Below are positions 20,983 through 31,121 of a DNA stretch of 39,199 nucleotides, piece by piece; position 1 is the first letter of the stretch, and every line of letters starts with the position of its first letter. The notes beneath the pieces were generated by a model that saw only the letters and a program-made list of their open reading frames with translations, made no database searches and was not told the DNA's origin. Position numbers and translations under genes: made by a program. The DNA lies in assembly GCA_016840095.1 (NCBI GenBank), contig JAEOSZ010000007.1, forward strand, positions 1-39,199. Reading direction: 5' to 3'. This DNA is from Candidatus Heimdallarchaeota archaeon. GTDB taxonomy: Archaea; Asgardarchaeota; Heimdallarchaeia; Heimdallarchaeales; Heimdallarchaeaceae.

Positions 20983-21161
20983 ATCGTAGAGATGATGGTG
21001 AATACTACTTAAGTTCTTAAAAAATATGAGAATCTATTTGGTGGAGAATACTATCAAAGAGCTGAGAAAAAGTATATAGAAACTTATGAAAAGGCTTTAA
21101 ACAAAGAAGCAGTAAAACCTCTCTCAAGCTTTTTATACTAAAATACCTTCAGAAAATCATT

Positions 21162-21515
21162 ATGTCTCAAGTAGAATTAATATCATTTTGTGGAATAAAT
21201 TGCTTAGAGTGTCCTGCTTATATTGCTAAAAGAACTGATGATATGGTACTTAGGGAAAAAACAGCTAAGGCATGGTCAGGTCCAGAATTTCAAGTAAAAC
21301 CAGAGGATATCAATTGTGACGGTTGTATAACATTGAATGCAGAATTATTCTCACACTGTACAGTCTGTCAAGTTAGAGCTTGTGGATTAGAGAAAGGCGT
21401 TGAAAACTGTGCACATTGTGATGATTACTCATGCGAAAAGCTTGAAGGATTATGGAATATGCTCCAGTTAACAGAGCCCAAAGAAAGATTAGATGTCATA
21501 AGAAGTAACCTATAG
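21162..21515 (+). CDS. DUF3795 Cys-rich protein
   Basis: CGINCLECPAY...CDGC...C.VRAC..EKGVENCAHC..Y.C pattern. Confidence 0.85.
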   Translation: MSQVELISFCGINCLECPAYIAKRTDDMVLREKTAKAWSGPEFQVKPEDINCDGCITLNAELFSHCTVCQVRACGLEKGVENCAHCDDYSCEKLEGLWNMLQLTEPKERLDVIRSNL

Positions 21516-21680
21516 TAGATACATTTTACACTAAGGTTTTTGCTATATGTATTCCAATTTATGGAAAAGAATTTAGTAAAACAGAAGAAGGTTTGAAAGA
21601 AAGGACTGTAGTGAGTATTTTCTACAACTAGTCTAAGATTTTGTAAAAAGCGAGAACTTTTCAATTAGAAAAGGTCTAAG

Positions 21681-22235
21681 TTGTTGATGAAAAGAAAGCT
21701 ATTAATTGTACTAATAATGCTAATATTCTTTACTTCACAAAACTCTGTTTCTGCTAATACTTGTACGTTTCCAAGTGAGTCAGATTCAGTTTATACTTTA
21801 GATGTTTTTGCAGACAAAACACCTGTAAAACAGCAAGTAGTCTATAATGTTACTGTAAAACTTCAGATAGATGAATTTGGTGATGGTGTATCCAAAATAT
21901 TCAATATCATCATATATGCAAAAATAAAAGGTGAATCTTACGAAAATACCAAAGTCATGAAAGTTGAAGAAGAAATTCATAATCTGATTAATTTTCCTAA
22001 TAGCGTAAGTGTTAGTTTCTCATTTGATTTAACAGACGTTACTGGAGAAGTAGTAGTTTATGGTAGTGCATCTTTTAGCGACTATCTCTTTGATGGTATC
22101 AATATAGGAACATGTACTTTTTGGCTCAATGCACACACACTTACGTTGGAAGCAAATAACTTTGGTTATTTGGCAATGATATTTGCTATAGGCTTCTTAA
22201 TAATTCTTAAACGTCAGAAGAAGAAAAGAGTTTAA
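21681..22235 (+). CDS. Secreted beta-rich hypothetical protein with C-terminal TM anchor
   Basis: Signal peptide, plus C-terminal TM + KRQKKKR. Confidence 0.7.
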   Translation: MLMKRKLLIVLIMLIFFTSQNSVSANTCTFPSESDSVYTLDVFADKTPVKQQVVYNVTVKLQIDEFGDGVSKIFNIIIYAKIKGESYENTKVMKVEEEIHNLINFPNSVSVSFSFDLTDVTGEVVVYGSASFSDYLFDGINIGTCTFWLNAHTLTLEANNFGYLAMIFAIGFLIILKRQKKKRV

Positions 22236-22406
22236 TTATTCCAGTAATTTCACACACTAGTAAATCTTGTTTCCAATAGTTCAGTGAAAGAAAATATAGT
22301 TTGATGTTACTTTAATACAACAGAATCCCGTTTAGAAAAGTAGAAACAAGGTTTATAAGAGTTTTAGAATAGGATTAATGGATTAAAACTTCTTCGAGGT
22401 TCAGAA

Positions 22407-23543
22407 ATGAAATTAAGAATTCTTGGAAACAGTTCTCTAAAAGTTTCAGAAATCAGTTTGGGAAGCTGGTTATCTGTAGGAGGGAAGCATTTAACAAATG
22501 AAATTCCTGGTTCCCCTTCTGTTGAAGAAAGAGAAACAGGATTAAAAATACTAGAAAAAGCAGTAGATGTTGGTATCAATCTTTTTGATACAGCTCCAGG
22601 TTATGGTAAAGGTAATGCAGAACGGATGATTGGAGAATTCATGCAGGATTACAATAGAGACAGTTTTTTAATTGCTACTAAGGTCTTCTTCCCAATTGAG
22701 TGGGACGATAATCGTTTTGGTAACAGCAGGAAGAGCATTCATGTTAATTTAAAAGAATCTCTTGAGAGGTTACAAACTGATTATATCGACATCTACTATT
22801 GTCACGTTTATGATAATTTTGGAAATATTGAGGAGACTATCAGAGCGATGAATGATTTAATCGATCAAGGTAAAATCATATATTGGGGTGCATCTAACTG
22901 GACAGCAGCTGAAATAGAGCGAGTGTATGGTATTTGCAGAGCTGAAGGTTATCATAAACCGATTGCATTACAGTCTAAATATAACCTACTTCACAGAGAA
23001 CTTGAACGCACTCATTTGTCTACTTTTAATTTCACTGAGATAGGTTTGGCTACTTACTCTTCTCTTGATGAGGGAATACTTACTGGAAAGTATAATTATG
23101 AAAAACCAGTTGATTCACGTTTTGTAAAACTGCAAGGAACTGCTTTTGAAGAATTGATGACAGAGTATTTGGATAAGACATTGACAGAAGAGAACTTGGT
23201 TAAATTAAGGAAATTGGAAGAGTTAGCTAAAGAGTTTGAAATTTCAATGGCTCAATTATCGCTAGCTTGGCTACTCTCAAAAGATTTTGTTAAAACAGCG
23301 ATTGTAGGAGCAAGTAAGATAGAGCATCTAGAAGACAATGCTCAGACAAGCAAACTGGAATTAGATAATGATGTTTTCACTAGAGTAGAGGAAATAATGA
23401 ACAATGAACCTTTGGTTCAAGGTGATCATTCAAGATGGAGTTACAATGTTCTCTCTAAGAAAATAAATGAATGGAACCATAGACTTCCATCAATTGCTCA
23501 AGAAAGAAGAGATGCAAGAAAAGAAAAAGAAACAGATAGATAA
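22407..23543 (+). CDS. Aldo/keto reductase (Kv-beta/Tas-like)
   Basis: LKVSEISLGSW, FDTAPGYG, IATK, SLERLQTDYIDIYYCH, YWGASNW and AQLSLAW. Confidence 0.92.
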   Translation: MKLRILGNSSLKVSEISLGSWLSVGGKHLTNEIPGSPSVEERETGLKILEKAVDVGINLFDTAPGYGKGNAERMIGEFMQDYNRDSFLIATKVFFPIEWDDNRFGNSRKSIHVNLKESLERLQTDYIDIYYCHVYDNFGNIEETIRAMNDLIDQGKIIYWGASNWTAAEIERVYGICRAEGYHKPIALQSKYNLLHRELERTHLSTFNFTEIGLATYSSLDEGILTGKYNYEKPVDSRFVKLQGTAFEELMTEYLDKTLTEENLVKLRKLEELAKEFEISMAQLSLAWLLSKDFVKTAIVGASKIEHLEDNAQTSKLELDNDVFTRVEEIMNNEPLVQGDHSRWSYNVLSKKINEWNHRLPSIAQERRDARKEKETDR

Positions 23544-23660
23544 CCAGATTTGATGGTTAAGTTTGATAGATTATAAATACGAAGTATCCTAGAAATTGAA
23601 AACAAATCGAAATAACTATTTCAGGACAGTTTACGAATGGTGTGAGTATTGAAGGAATAG

Positions 23661-23927
23661 AAACAAGAATCGATTAAGCTATAATGTTTGTTCGTAAAAG
23701 TACCTTTGAGATATGAGAAGATTACAAAATATATGGAAGTTCTATTAAGATTTGATCACACACCATTTTGGCGTGATAACATACCTGCTATCATGGTGAT
23801 AGATGCGTCTTTCTTACGCAAACCATTTTATCACACCGAAGCTGATACCATTGACAAACTAGATTTCGATTTCTTGAGTAAATTTACACAAGCTACAGTA
23901 GCTACTGCAAAGGAATTAACAACTTAA
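23661..23927 (+). pseudogene. Remnant of an M28 peptidase 3' end (paralog of 29159-29434)
   Basis: Colinear with 29159-29434 (KQESIKL*CLFVKVPLRYEKI...FYHTEADTIDKLDFDF). In-frame TAA at 23682-23684 where the intact gene has CCT. SDH motif changed to FDH. No upstream homology. Confidence 0.85.
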
Positions 23928-24028
23928 TTTTATCTTAAATCACATCTTATGAGAAAGCAATATAAGGTTTTAAGCTTTAAGATGATAATTAAATTGTAAT
24001 GTAACCCAAAAATTCCTAGGAGATCCAT

Positions 24029-25666
24029 ATGAAAATGCTGCATAGCATAGAAGAAAGCAAAATTAAAGATTTTATAAACTATATTAAAGATTTTATTAAT
24101 TCTAGAAAAGATACGATAGGATTAGCTTTAGCTTTAACTACAGATAAGAAATTAATCTGGGCTGAAGGTTTTGGTTTTACAGATCAATCCAAAAAAGAGA
24201 AAGTTACTGCGGAGACTTTATTCAGCAGTCAATCGATTGGAAAAACATTCACATCATCAGCTTTTCTAATCCTAGCTAGTAAAGGATTAATTGCCCTTGA
24301 TGATACTATCAGGGCACACTATCCAAGATTCAAGATTAATACTATTCATGGAGAACCAGATGAAGAAATCTCTAAAATCACTTTTAGAAGGATGTTAAGC
24401 CATACTGCAGGATTAACTCATGAAGCTCTAAGAGGGAACAATTATGATTATTCTCCTTGTACTTTTGAGGAACACATTGAAAGTATAAATGACTGGTGGC
24501 TTAAATCCCCTGTAGGAGCAGATATGTCCTATTCGAACCTAGGTTATGATTTGACTGCTTATGTTATGGGATTGATTAAAGATACATCTTTTGAAGAAGT
24601 AATGAAAGAAGAATTATTCGAGCCTTTAGAGATGTTGAATACAACATTAGATGTTGAAGAAGCTCTGAAAAGATCTTTCGCAAGAGGATTTGACGGAGAA
24701 TTTGCTTTTCCAATAGTTCAAATACCTATGTTAGGAGCAGGAGGATTGTTCTTCAATGTTCTAGATGTAGCTAAATTCATAAGATTTCATCTTAAAAAAG
24801 GGAAAATTAATCAAAAACAATTAATTAATCCTGAACTTTTTGATGAAATGTATAAGACTACTTCCAACGAATACACTGAATATGGATATGGTCTAGGAAT
24901 ATATGCTGCTGGAAAATTAAATAATTCATTAATCTATGGGCATGCAGGTGGAGGATATGGTTATCAAACAAACATGATGTGGGTACCTGAGCAAAAAATA
25001 GGTGTAGTAGTATTATCTAACAATATGAAAGACAGTCGCGTGAGTAGCATAGCTATGAAGGCTCTAAAGCTAATAACAGAAGAATCAGAAGAACAGGAGT
25101 TAAAGAGTGATTTTGAGAAACCAAAATGTGAAGAAGTCTCTGCTGATTTGCTAAAAGCTCTAGAGGGAACCTATTGTGCAGAAAATAATCTCACATCTCA
25201 AATGATTAGAATTTCCTACGAAAACAACAATCTATACTTGTATGATATGAGTAATAATAGTTCAGAACTTTATCCATTCAACTCAATAGATTTTACAACA
25301 GATAAAAATAGAATTCTGAAATTTAAGTTAGATCAGCAAGGAAAACCAAACAGTGTTTTAATTGATGATCGTTTGTTCCCATATGTATACAAGTATAACG
25401 ATGGTCCTAATGATGAAGAAGGACCTAACTTGGAAGAATGGAAAGAATATGTGGGAACATATTTCTTTGAAGATGAAGCTAAACCTAGTTCTCTTAGTCT
25501 ATTTCTTCAGAATGGGTATCTATATTTAAAGTATAAATGTAATTTTAAATTACATCATCATGAAGAGAATATATTTTTCACTGCTGATGGAGAAGCTTTA
25601 GTCATTAAACAGGATCATTTGATTTACAAAGGGATTACAGTTACTAAAATGGAGAAGGAAACTTAG
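24029..25666 (+). CDS. Serine hydrolase, beta-lactamase/S12 family, with C-terminal extension
   Basis: SIGK (SxxK), LSHTAGL, YSN (YxN) and GHAGG. Confidence 0.9.
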   Translation: MKMLHSIEESKIKDFINYIKDFINSRKDTIGLALALTTDKKLIWAEGFGFTDQSKKEKVTAETLFSSQSIGKTFTSSAFLILASKGLIALDDTIRAHYPRFKINTIHGEPDEEISKITFRRMLSHTAGLTHEALRGNNYDYSPCTFEEHIESINDWWLKSPVGADMSYSNLGYDLTAYVMGLIKDTSFEEVMKEELFEPLEMLNTTLDVEEALKRSFARGFDGEFAFPIVQIPMLGAGGLFFNVLDVAKFIRFHLKKGKINQKQLINPELFDEMYKTTSNEYTEYGYGLGIYAAGKLNNSLIYGHAGGGYGYQTNMMWVPEQKIGVVVLSNNMKDSRVSSIAMKALKLITEESEEQELKSDFEKPKCEEVSADLLKALEGTYCAENNLTSQMIRISYENNNLYLYDMSNNSSELYPFNSIDFTTDKNRILKFKLDQQGKPNSVLIDDRLFPYVYKYNDGPNDEEGPNLEEWKEYVGTYFFEDEAKPSSLSLFLQNGYLYLKYKCNFKLHHHEENIFFTADGEALVIKQDHLIYKGITVTKMEKET

Positions 25667-25760
25667 ATTCTCTTTTACTTGTGAAAAATCCTTCCTTAAT
25701 ATAAATATTCTATCGATTCACAAAGAGAGGATATATAAGTGACTTAATCTTAATTTTGCT

Positions 25761-26549
25761 ATGTTTGAAGTTGTTGAAAAGAAAAATTATGGTAACTACA
25801 AAGGAATCTTTGGTAAACATAAATCTGTATCGATTTTTAATTATGCTTTTGATAACAAACTAGGAAAGCTAGAATTAGATAATTTAGATGAACCTGAATA
25901 TGCGAAATATTCGTTTGCAAACTTTATGTTTTTTACTGGAAAAACAGACAAAAATAAAGCCAAAAAAATGTTTGCAACATTCCCTCCTAAAGTAGCAATA
26001 ATTGTTGAAGATAAAGATTGGTATCAGCTTATTGAAGATTATTTTTCATCAAAGAAAGGGATAAGATTTATTCAACAGGAACGAGTTAATTTTTCAAGTG
26101 ATTCTCTCACAAAGGAACATCTAGACTCACTGAAGAAACCTTTACCTGAAGGATATCATATGAAAAAAGTAACCAAAGAGATAGTAGAAAATATTTCACC
26201 ATCACTTAAATATCATATTCAACTATTCTTTGGTTCTGATGATAGTTTTTTGGAAAAGGGAGTGGGATTCTGTATACTTGATAGTGAAAAACCAATCTGT
26301 ATGGCTTCTTCCTTTATTCCAATCTATAAGAATAAACTAGAGATAGAAATAGACACTGAGGATGATCCAAAATACAGAAGAAAAGGATTTGCAACAGCTG
26401 CATGTATAGCACTTCTAGAATTCTGTCTGGAGAACAATCTTACTCCAGAATGGGATGCACAAAACGAAGCTTCTGTTGGATTGGCTAAGAAATTAGGATA
26501 CACTGAAAAGGAAAAGTGGAAATTATTTTATTATATCGAAAATAAATAA
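25761..26549 (+). CDS. GNAT family acetyltransferase
   Basis: F..KGVGFCI, EIEIDT...YRRKGFA and PEWDAQNEASVGLAKKLGY. Confidence 0.88.
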   Translation: MFEVVEKKNYGNYKGIFGKHKSVSIFNYAFDNKLGKLELDNLDEPEYAKYSFANFMFFTGKTDKNKAKKMFATFPPKVAIIVEDKDWYQLIEDYFSSKKGIRFIQQERVNFSSDSLTKEHLDSLKKPLPEGYHMKKVTKEIVENISPSLKYHIQLFFGSDDSFLEKGVGFCILDSEKPICMASSFIPIYKNKLEIEIDTEDDPKYRRKGFATAACIALLEFCLENNLTPEWDAQNEASVGLAKKLGYTEKEKWKLFYYIENK

Positions 26550-26584
26550 AGTTAATCGCTTTTATCTTTTATTAACTGATTTCA

Positions 26585-28021
26585 TTACTGTTTCGATTTC
26601 TTCTTTCTTGTTCTTAAGGTGACTAGTGGAATTGTTACAATCAAAGTACTTAGGAAAAGATACAAATAATTAGTAATATACTCTGCGACTTCTGGAACAA
26701 AATCCAATGGATACAAATCTTCAGAACCTGCTGCACCGTCTATAGTATAGCTAGCACTAACTATTGGGTTCCAGTTATTCCAGAAATTCCCTTCCTGGAG
26801 TATTTCATTATACCATTGATCTCCTACATCATCAGAAGCTTGTATTTCATTTCCTGCGAGATTGTTATCATAGAAAGCATTATGGTATATCTTGTTTAAA
26901 CCTACTGAACCTTGCATCATTAATCCATAACCTGTATTAGACTCAAAATGGTTATTGGTTATTAGGCTCTCAGATGAGCTTATAATCCTCATTCCATAGA
27001 AATTATCTATGAGATAGTTGTGTGATATAGCTAGATTGTTACTCATTTCAGCTCTGATACCTGAATCACTATTATTTGAGCAATTATTTCCAGTAATTAA
27101 AGCATCACCTGAGTTTGTGACTTTTATTCCAACTTCAGCATTATTGTTGCAAGTATTGTAGATCAGTTCAACATAATTAGAATTGTTTATTCGGATTCCA
27201 GTATTTGCCTGCACAGTATTCCCTTTAACATATGTAAAATCAGAATCTCTTATATCGATCCCACCATCAATATCAACTATGTAGTTTTCTACTAGTTTGC
27301 CGTTTAAGCTTCCTGTAAGAATAAGATATGAACAATTATTCCCAGAGATAGTTGCATCATGTGAGAAGTCCAATTCGATACCAACTTCCGCAGTTTTATC
27401 ACAATCATTTTGTATGATAGAAGCTCCATTAGAATTAGTTAATGAAATAGCAGTTGATGCATAGATAGTGTTGCCTTTAACATAAGTGAAATTTGAATCT
27501 TGTAATTCGATTCCAGCATCAAATGAGATTATTTTATTGTAATAAGCTCCACTGTCAAGGGAACCTTTAATTCGAAGTCCTCCTCCACCTGATGATTCTA
27601 TATCATTACCTTCAATTCGAAAAGAACCTTCATTCAGATTTTTGTGTTTCCCTATTGTAATTGTATGATTTGTATCTGTTTTAAGAAAACAGTTCTGAAT
27701 AATGAAGTGTTTAGTAGTATAACCTCCGAAACTAAGACAAGAATCACTAGTGGTTGTTATGTTGTAATTTTCTATTCGATATGGATCACCAGCTGACCCA
27801 TCTCCCGGAAATCCATATGCTTCAAAATCTGAATCATAATCAATAACCATCGGGGACGCAACTACTAAATCGTTTAACGAAGGCAATCCAAGAACTGGAT
27901 CAGAAGAGACTATTGCAACTGTGTTGCTAACTCCTGTATTCAATAAAATACTATAAACTATCAAAGAAAACATCATTACTATTATTGAGACTTTGAGGTT
28001 GTTTTTTTTCACTTCGTTCAT
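26585..28021 (-). CDS. Cell-surface beta-helix (NosD/PbH1) repeat protein
   Basis: GDGSAGDPYRIENYNI, N-rich repeats, GNFW..W...YTIDG...DLYP, and VAEY + TM + RKKK. Paralog of 12502-14547. Confidence 0.88.
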   Translation of the reverse strand: MNEVKKNNLKVSIIVMMFSLIVYSILLNTGVSNTVAIVSSDPVLGLPSLNDLVVASPMVIDYDSDFEAYGFPGDGSAGDPYRIENYNITTTSDSCLSFGGYTTKHFIIQNCFLKTDTNHTITIGKHKNLNEGSFRIEGNDIESSGGGGLRIKGSLDSGAYYNKIISFDAGIELQDSNFTYVKGNTIYASTAISLTNSNGASIIQNDCDKTAEVGIELDFSHDATISGNNCSYLILTGSLNGKLVENYIVDIDGGIDIRDSDFTYVKGNTVQANTGIRINNSNYVELIYNTCNNNAEVGIKVTNSGDALITGNNCSNNSDSGIRAEMSNNLAISHNYLIDNFYGMRIISSSESLITNNHFESNTGYGLMMQGSVGLNKIYHNAFYDNNLAGNEIQASDDVGDQWYNEILQEGNFWNNWNPIVSASYTIDGAAGSEDLYPLDFVPEVAEYITNYLYLFLSTLIVTIPLVTLRTRKKKSKQ

Positions 28022-28240
28022 CTCTGTAAGTAATTGATATACTTTACAATATTAGTATTCTTCTATTGTGTTTTTGGGTATTATTTAGAATAATATCCTG
28101 CATCAAGAACTAATGTAGTTTCTGCATTACAATATGAATGAAAACTTCATTCATTTTTTCTTTTTTTATAAATCTCTTGAATACAAGAAAATGATACCAA
28201 ATAAATAAATAGCAAATAAGAATTTATTTCATGATAAAAC

Positions 28241-29434
28241 ATGGAAAGGATACTCAAAGAAGTTGATCAAGAAGAGCTATTTTTACATGTACTTAAATTA
28301 GAAGGAGTAAAACACCCAATAGAATCACCTGAGAAACTTAATGAAGCAGCAGACTACATCAAATCTAAATTTCAGGAATATGGACTAGAAACTAGAGAAC
28401 ATACTTTTATGCTGGAAGGATTTGATTTTCCATTTAGAAACATTGAGGGATATCTGGGAGATGGATCAAATTCTGAGCTTCTTATTACAAGTCATTACGA
28501 TACAACAGCCACTACACCAGGTGCAGATGATAATGCTTCAGCAGTTGCAGGAATGTTGGAAACTGCTAGAGTTCTTTCTCAAGAAGAAAATGTTGGAAAT
28601 ATACGTTTTGTTAGTTTCACAATGGAAGAAATGAATCCTGTTATAGCCCTTAAATGGAAGATGGCAACAGAAGAATCAGGCCTTTTTGATGAACAAAACC
28701 GTAGTTTAACTTACCACACACAGAAAATGTATTCTAAATACATTAACCACTTTATTGTGGGAAGAATGAAGTACATGGTTTATGATGATGCATTTCAATA
28801 TGCCATGAAAAAAGTAAAAGATCAGATAAATGATCAACAAAAAGAGTTCTTTGAGAAACTAAGAAGAATATACAAAGGAATAACTCTGATTAATTTTCCA
28901 GGTAAATCTTACTTAAAGGGTAGTCATGAGTGGTTAGAATATGCAAAAAAAGAGAAGAAGAAAATAACTGGTGTAATCAACTTAGAGATGATAGGTTTTG
29001 TATCTAGACTAAAGAAATCACAAAGAACACCAAGTTTACTGAAACCTCTATTCTTTCCATCATATAAGATTAATCCATTCAAGGTAAGAGGAGATTTCAT
29101 AGCAATTGCCAGTGATAAAAATTCTAAGAAATTAGGAAGAGTGTTCTTTAAGCAGTGTAAACAAGAATCGATCAAGCTACCTTGTTTGTTTATCAAAGTA
29201 CCTCTCAGATACGAGAAGATTGCAAAATACATGGAAATTCTGTTGAGGTCAGATCATGCACCATTTTGGAGAGCTAACATACCAGCTATCATAGTATCAG
29301 ACACATCGTTCTTACGCTATCCATTTTATCATACACAAGCTGATACTATTGATAAACTAGATTTCGATTTCATGAAGAAGGTAACACAAGCTACAGTAGC
29401 ATCTACAATTGAATTCTCTTCCCACAATACTTAA
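28241..29434 (+). CDS. M28 family Zn metallopeptidase
   Basis: SHYD, PGADDNAS, EE, NLEMIG, RSDH and YHT..DT motifs. Confidence 0.9.
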   Translation: MERILKEVDQEELFLHVLKLEGVKHPIESPEKLNEAADYIKSKFQEYGLETREHTFMLEGFDFPFRNIEGYLGDGSNSELLITSHYDTTATTPGADDNASAVAGMLETARVLSQEENVGNIRFVSFTMEEMNPVIALKWKMATEESGLFDEQNRSLTYHTQKMYSKYINHFIVGRMKYMVYDDAFQYAMKKVKDQINDQQKEFFEKLRRIYKGITLINFPGKSYLKGSHEWLEYAKKEKKKITGVINLEMIGFVSRLKKSQRTPSLLKPLFFPSYKINPFKVRGDFIAIASDKNSKKLGRVFFKQCKQESIKLPCLFIKVPLRYEKIAKYMEILLRSDHAPFWRANIPAIIVSDTSFLRYPFYHTQADTIDKLDFDFMKKVTQATVASTIEFSSHNT

Positions 29435-29482
29435 TAATTCTAGAGTCTTAGCTATACTAGTATACTTAGGGTGTAGGAATTC

Positions 29483-30523
29483 ATGCCAGAATATTGGCAA
29501 TTAAAAAAAATCAAAAACAAGGAGTGGAGAAATAGAATAGCCCAAAATTTACTAAATTTGAGGATGCAATTACAAGAGCTAATACCTTGTAGAACTGTAA
29601 CAGAAACCCTCTTACTTGCTACTTGGAATATTCGTGATTTTGGAGCTAGAAGATTTAATCCAAGAAAAAGAACAAAAGAATCTCTCTTTTACATTGCTGA
29701 AATAATCTCAAAGTTTGATATTGTTGCAGTTCAAGAAGTTAATGAAAATTTAGATCAATTTCAAGATTTAATGGATATTCTTGGTTATCCGTGGACTTAC
29801 ATTTCTACTGATACTACCGAAGGTCCAGGTGGTAATCAAGAAAGAATGGCTTTCATTTATGACAGATCAAAAGTTAGATTCAGGAATATCGCAGGAGAGA
29901 TAGTTCTTCCGAAAACTCAACTCATTCAAAGAGAAAAACAATTTGCTCGAACACCGTTTTTAGTTTCATTGCAATCTGGTTGGTTTAAGTTCAATCTTTG
30001 CACAGTACACTTGTATTATGGCAGTGATAGTGGCATTGGCATGAAACGCAGAATAGCTGAGATCAAAGCAATTACCAAAGCACTTGCTAAGAAAGCGAAA
30101 AAGGACAGAGAGAGCTATATTGTTTTAGGAGATTTCAACATTATTGGACCTAAAGATGAAACCATGGAAGCTTTATTGACTAATGGATTCATGATACCAG
30201 ATAGCATTTGGGACACAGCTTCAACTCCTTTTAGTGCAAAGCATTATGATCAGATAGCTTTTAGAGCAGAAGAAGGGAAGGTACAATTTGGTAATCGAGG
30301 AGGAATTCTGAACTTCTTTGAAACAGTTTTCAGAGATGACGAAGCAGAATTGTACATTAACAAATATGACAGAGATTTTGAAAAACATGGAGATCCAGAT
30401 GATGCTGATAGAAAAGGGAATTACTATCTCAAAAGATGGAGAACCTGGCAAATGTCTGATCATTTACCACTGTGGATAGAACTAGAAATTGATTTCACAG
30501 ATGAGTATTTAGAATCACTGTAA
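29483..30523 (+). CDS. Endonuclease/exonuclease/phosphatase (DNase I-like) family protein
   Basis: ATWNI, AVQEV, GNQERMAFIYD, FARTPF, VHLYYG, LGDFNI, YDQI and SDHLP. Confidence 0.92.
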   Translation: MPEYWQLKKIKNKEWRNRIAQNLLNLRMQLQELIPCRTVTETLLLATWNIRDFGARRFNPRKRTKESLFYIAEIISKFDIVAVQEVNENLDQFQDLMDILGYPWTYISTDTTEGPGGNQERMAFIYDRSKVRFRNIAGEIVLPKTQLIQREKQFARTPFLVSLQSGWFKFNLCTVHLYYGSDSGIGMKRRIAEIKAITKALAKKAKKDRESYIVLGDFNIIGPKDETMEALLTNGFMIPDSIWDTASTPFSAKHYDQIAFRAEEGKVQFGNRGGILNFFETVFRDDEAELYINKYDRDFEKHGDPDDADRKGNYYLKRWRTWQMSDHLPLWIELEIDFTDEYLESL

Positions 30524-30548
30524 ATAGAGCTATGAAAGAGGTGATAGT

Positions 30549-31121
30549 ATGTTAAGAGAAAGAAGAAAACGATTGATTAAAAAAATGAAAAATCGAAGGA
30601 TATTTTTCTATATCATTATTATTTTACTCATTATTACAGCAACAATATTGATGATTGTCTTTGGAACACCGAATTTAGAACCTGAAGAATCGGACTTATT
30701 AGCAATAGCAGGAGTTGTAATTTTACCTTTAGTAATATCTGAGTCGATAAAACAAGGTTTTTCATATCTGAAAGAACACAGAAAGAGTGCAGAAACTGAA
30801 GAAAAAATCAAAGAAGAATTTAAACATAATCTTGTTCGTTTCATATATCATTGGGATTTAGGTACTCTACGACCTGCATTTTTTGTACTCCATGAAGAAA
30901 TTGTAAAATTACTTGAGAAAAATATGATTATTATCTTGAAAGAGGTTAATGAGATTCAATTTTCCAAAATAGAGGAACTGTACAAAATTGCACTTGAGTT
31001 CAAAATTCCTGATGAAGTAAGTAAAAACAATTATAAAAACAGATTTAGTAATAAATCAGATTTGAAGAAATTCAATCTTTTTGTAACTTCATGCAGAGAA
31101 TTAATAGAATCATGGGAATAG
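30549..31121 (+). CDS. Hypothetical 2-TM membrane protein
   Basis: GAGGTGA SD. Two hydrophobic helices then a helical soluble part. Possible C-terminal frameshift (see findings). Confidence 0.65.
   Translation: MLRERRKRLIKKMKNRRIFFYIIIILLIITATILMIVFGTPNLEPEESDLLAIAGVVILPLVISESIKQGFSYLKEHRKSAETEEKIKEEFKHNLVRFIYHWDLGTLRPAFFVLHEEIVKLLEKNMIIILKEVNEIQFSKIEELYKIALEFKIPDEVSKNNYKNRFSNKSDLKKFNLFVTSCRELIESWE

Noticed and set aside
24029-25666. Antibiotic-resistance beta-lactamase
   Set aside because: SxxK/YxN/HxG motifs are shared by many S12 peptidases and esterases, and there is no signal peptide or specific evidence.
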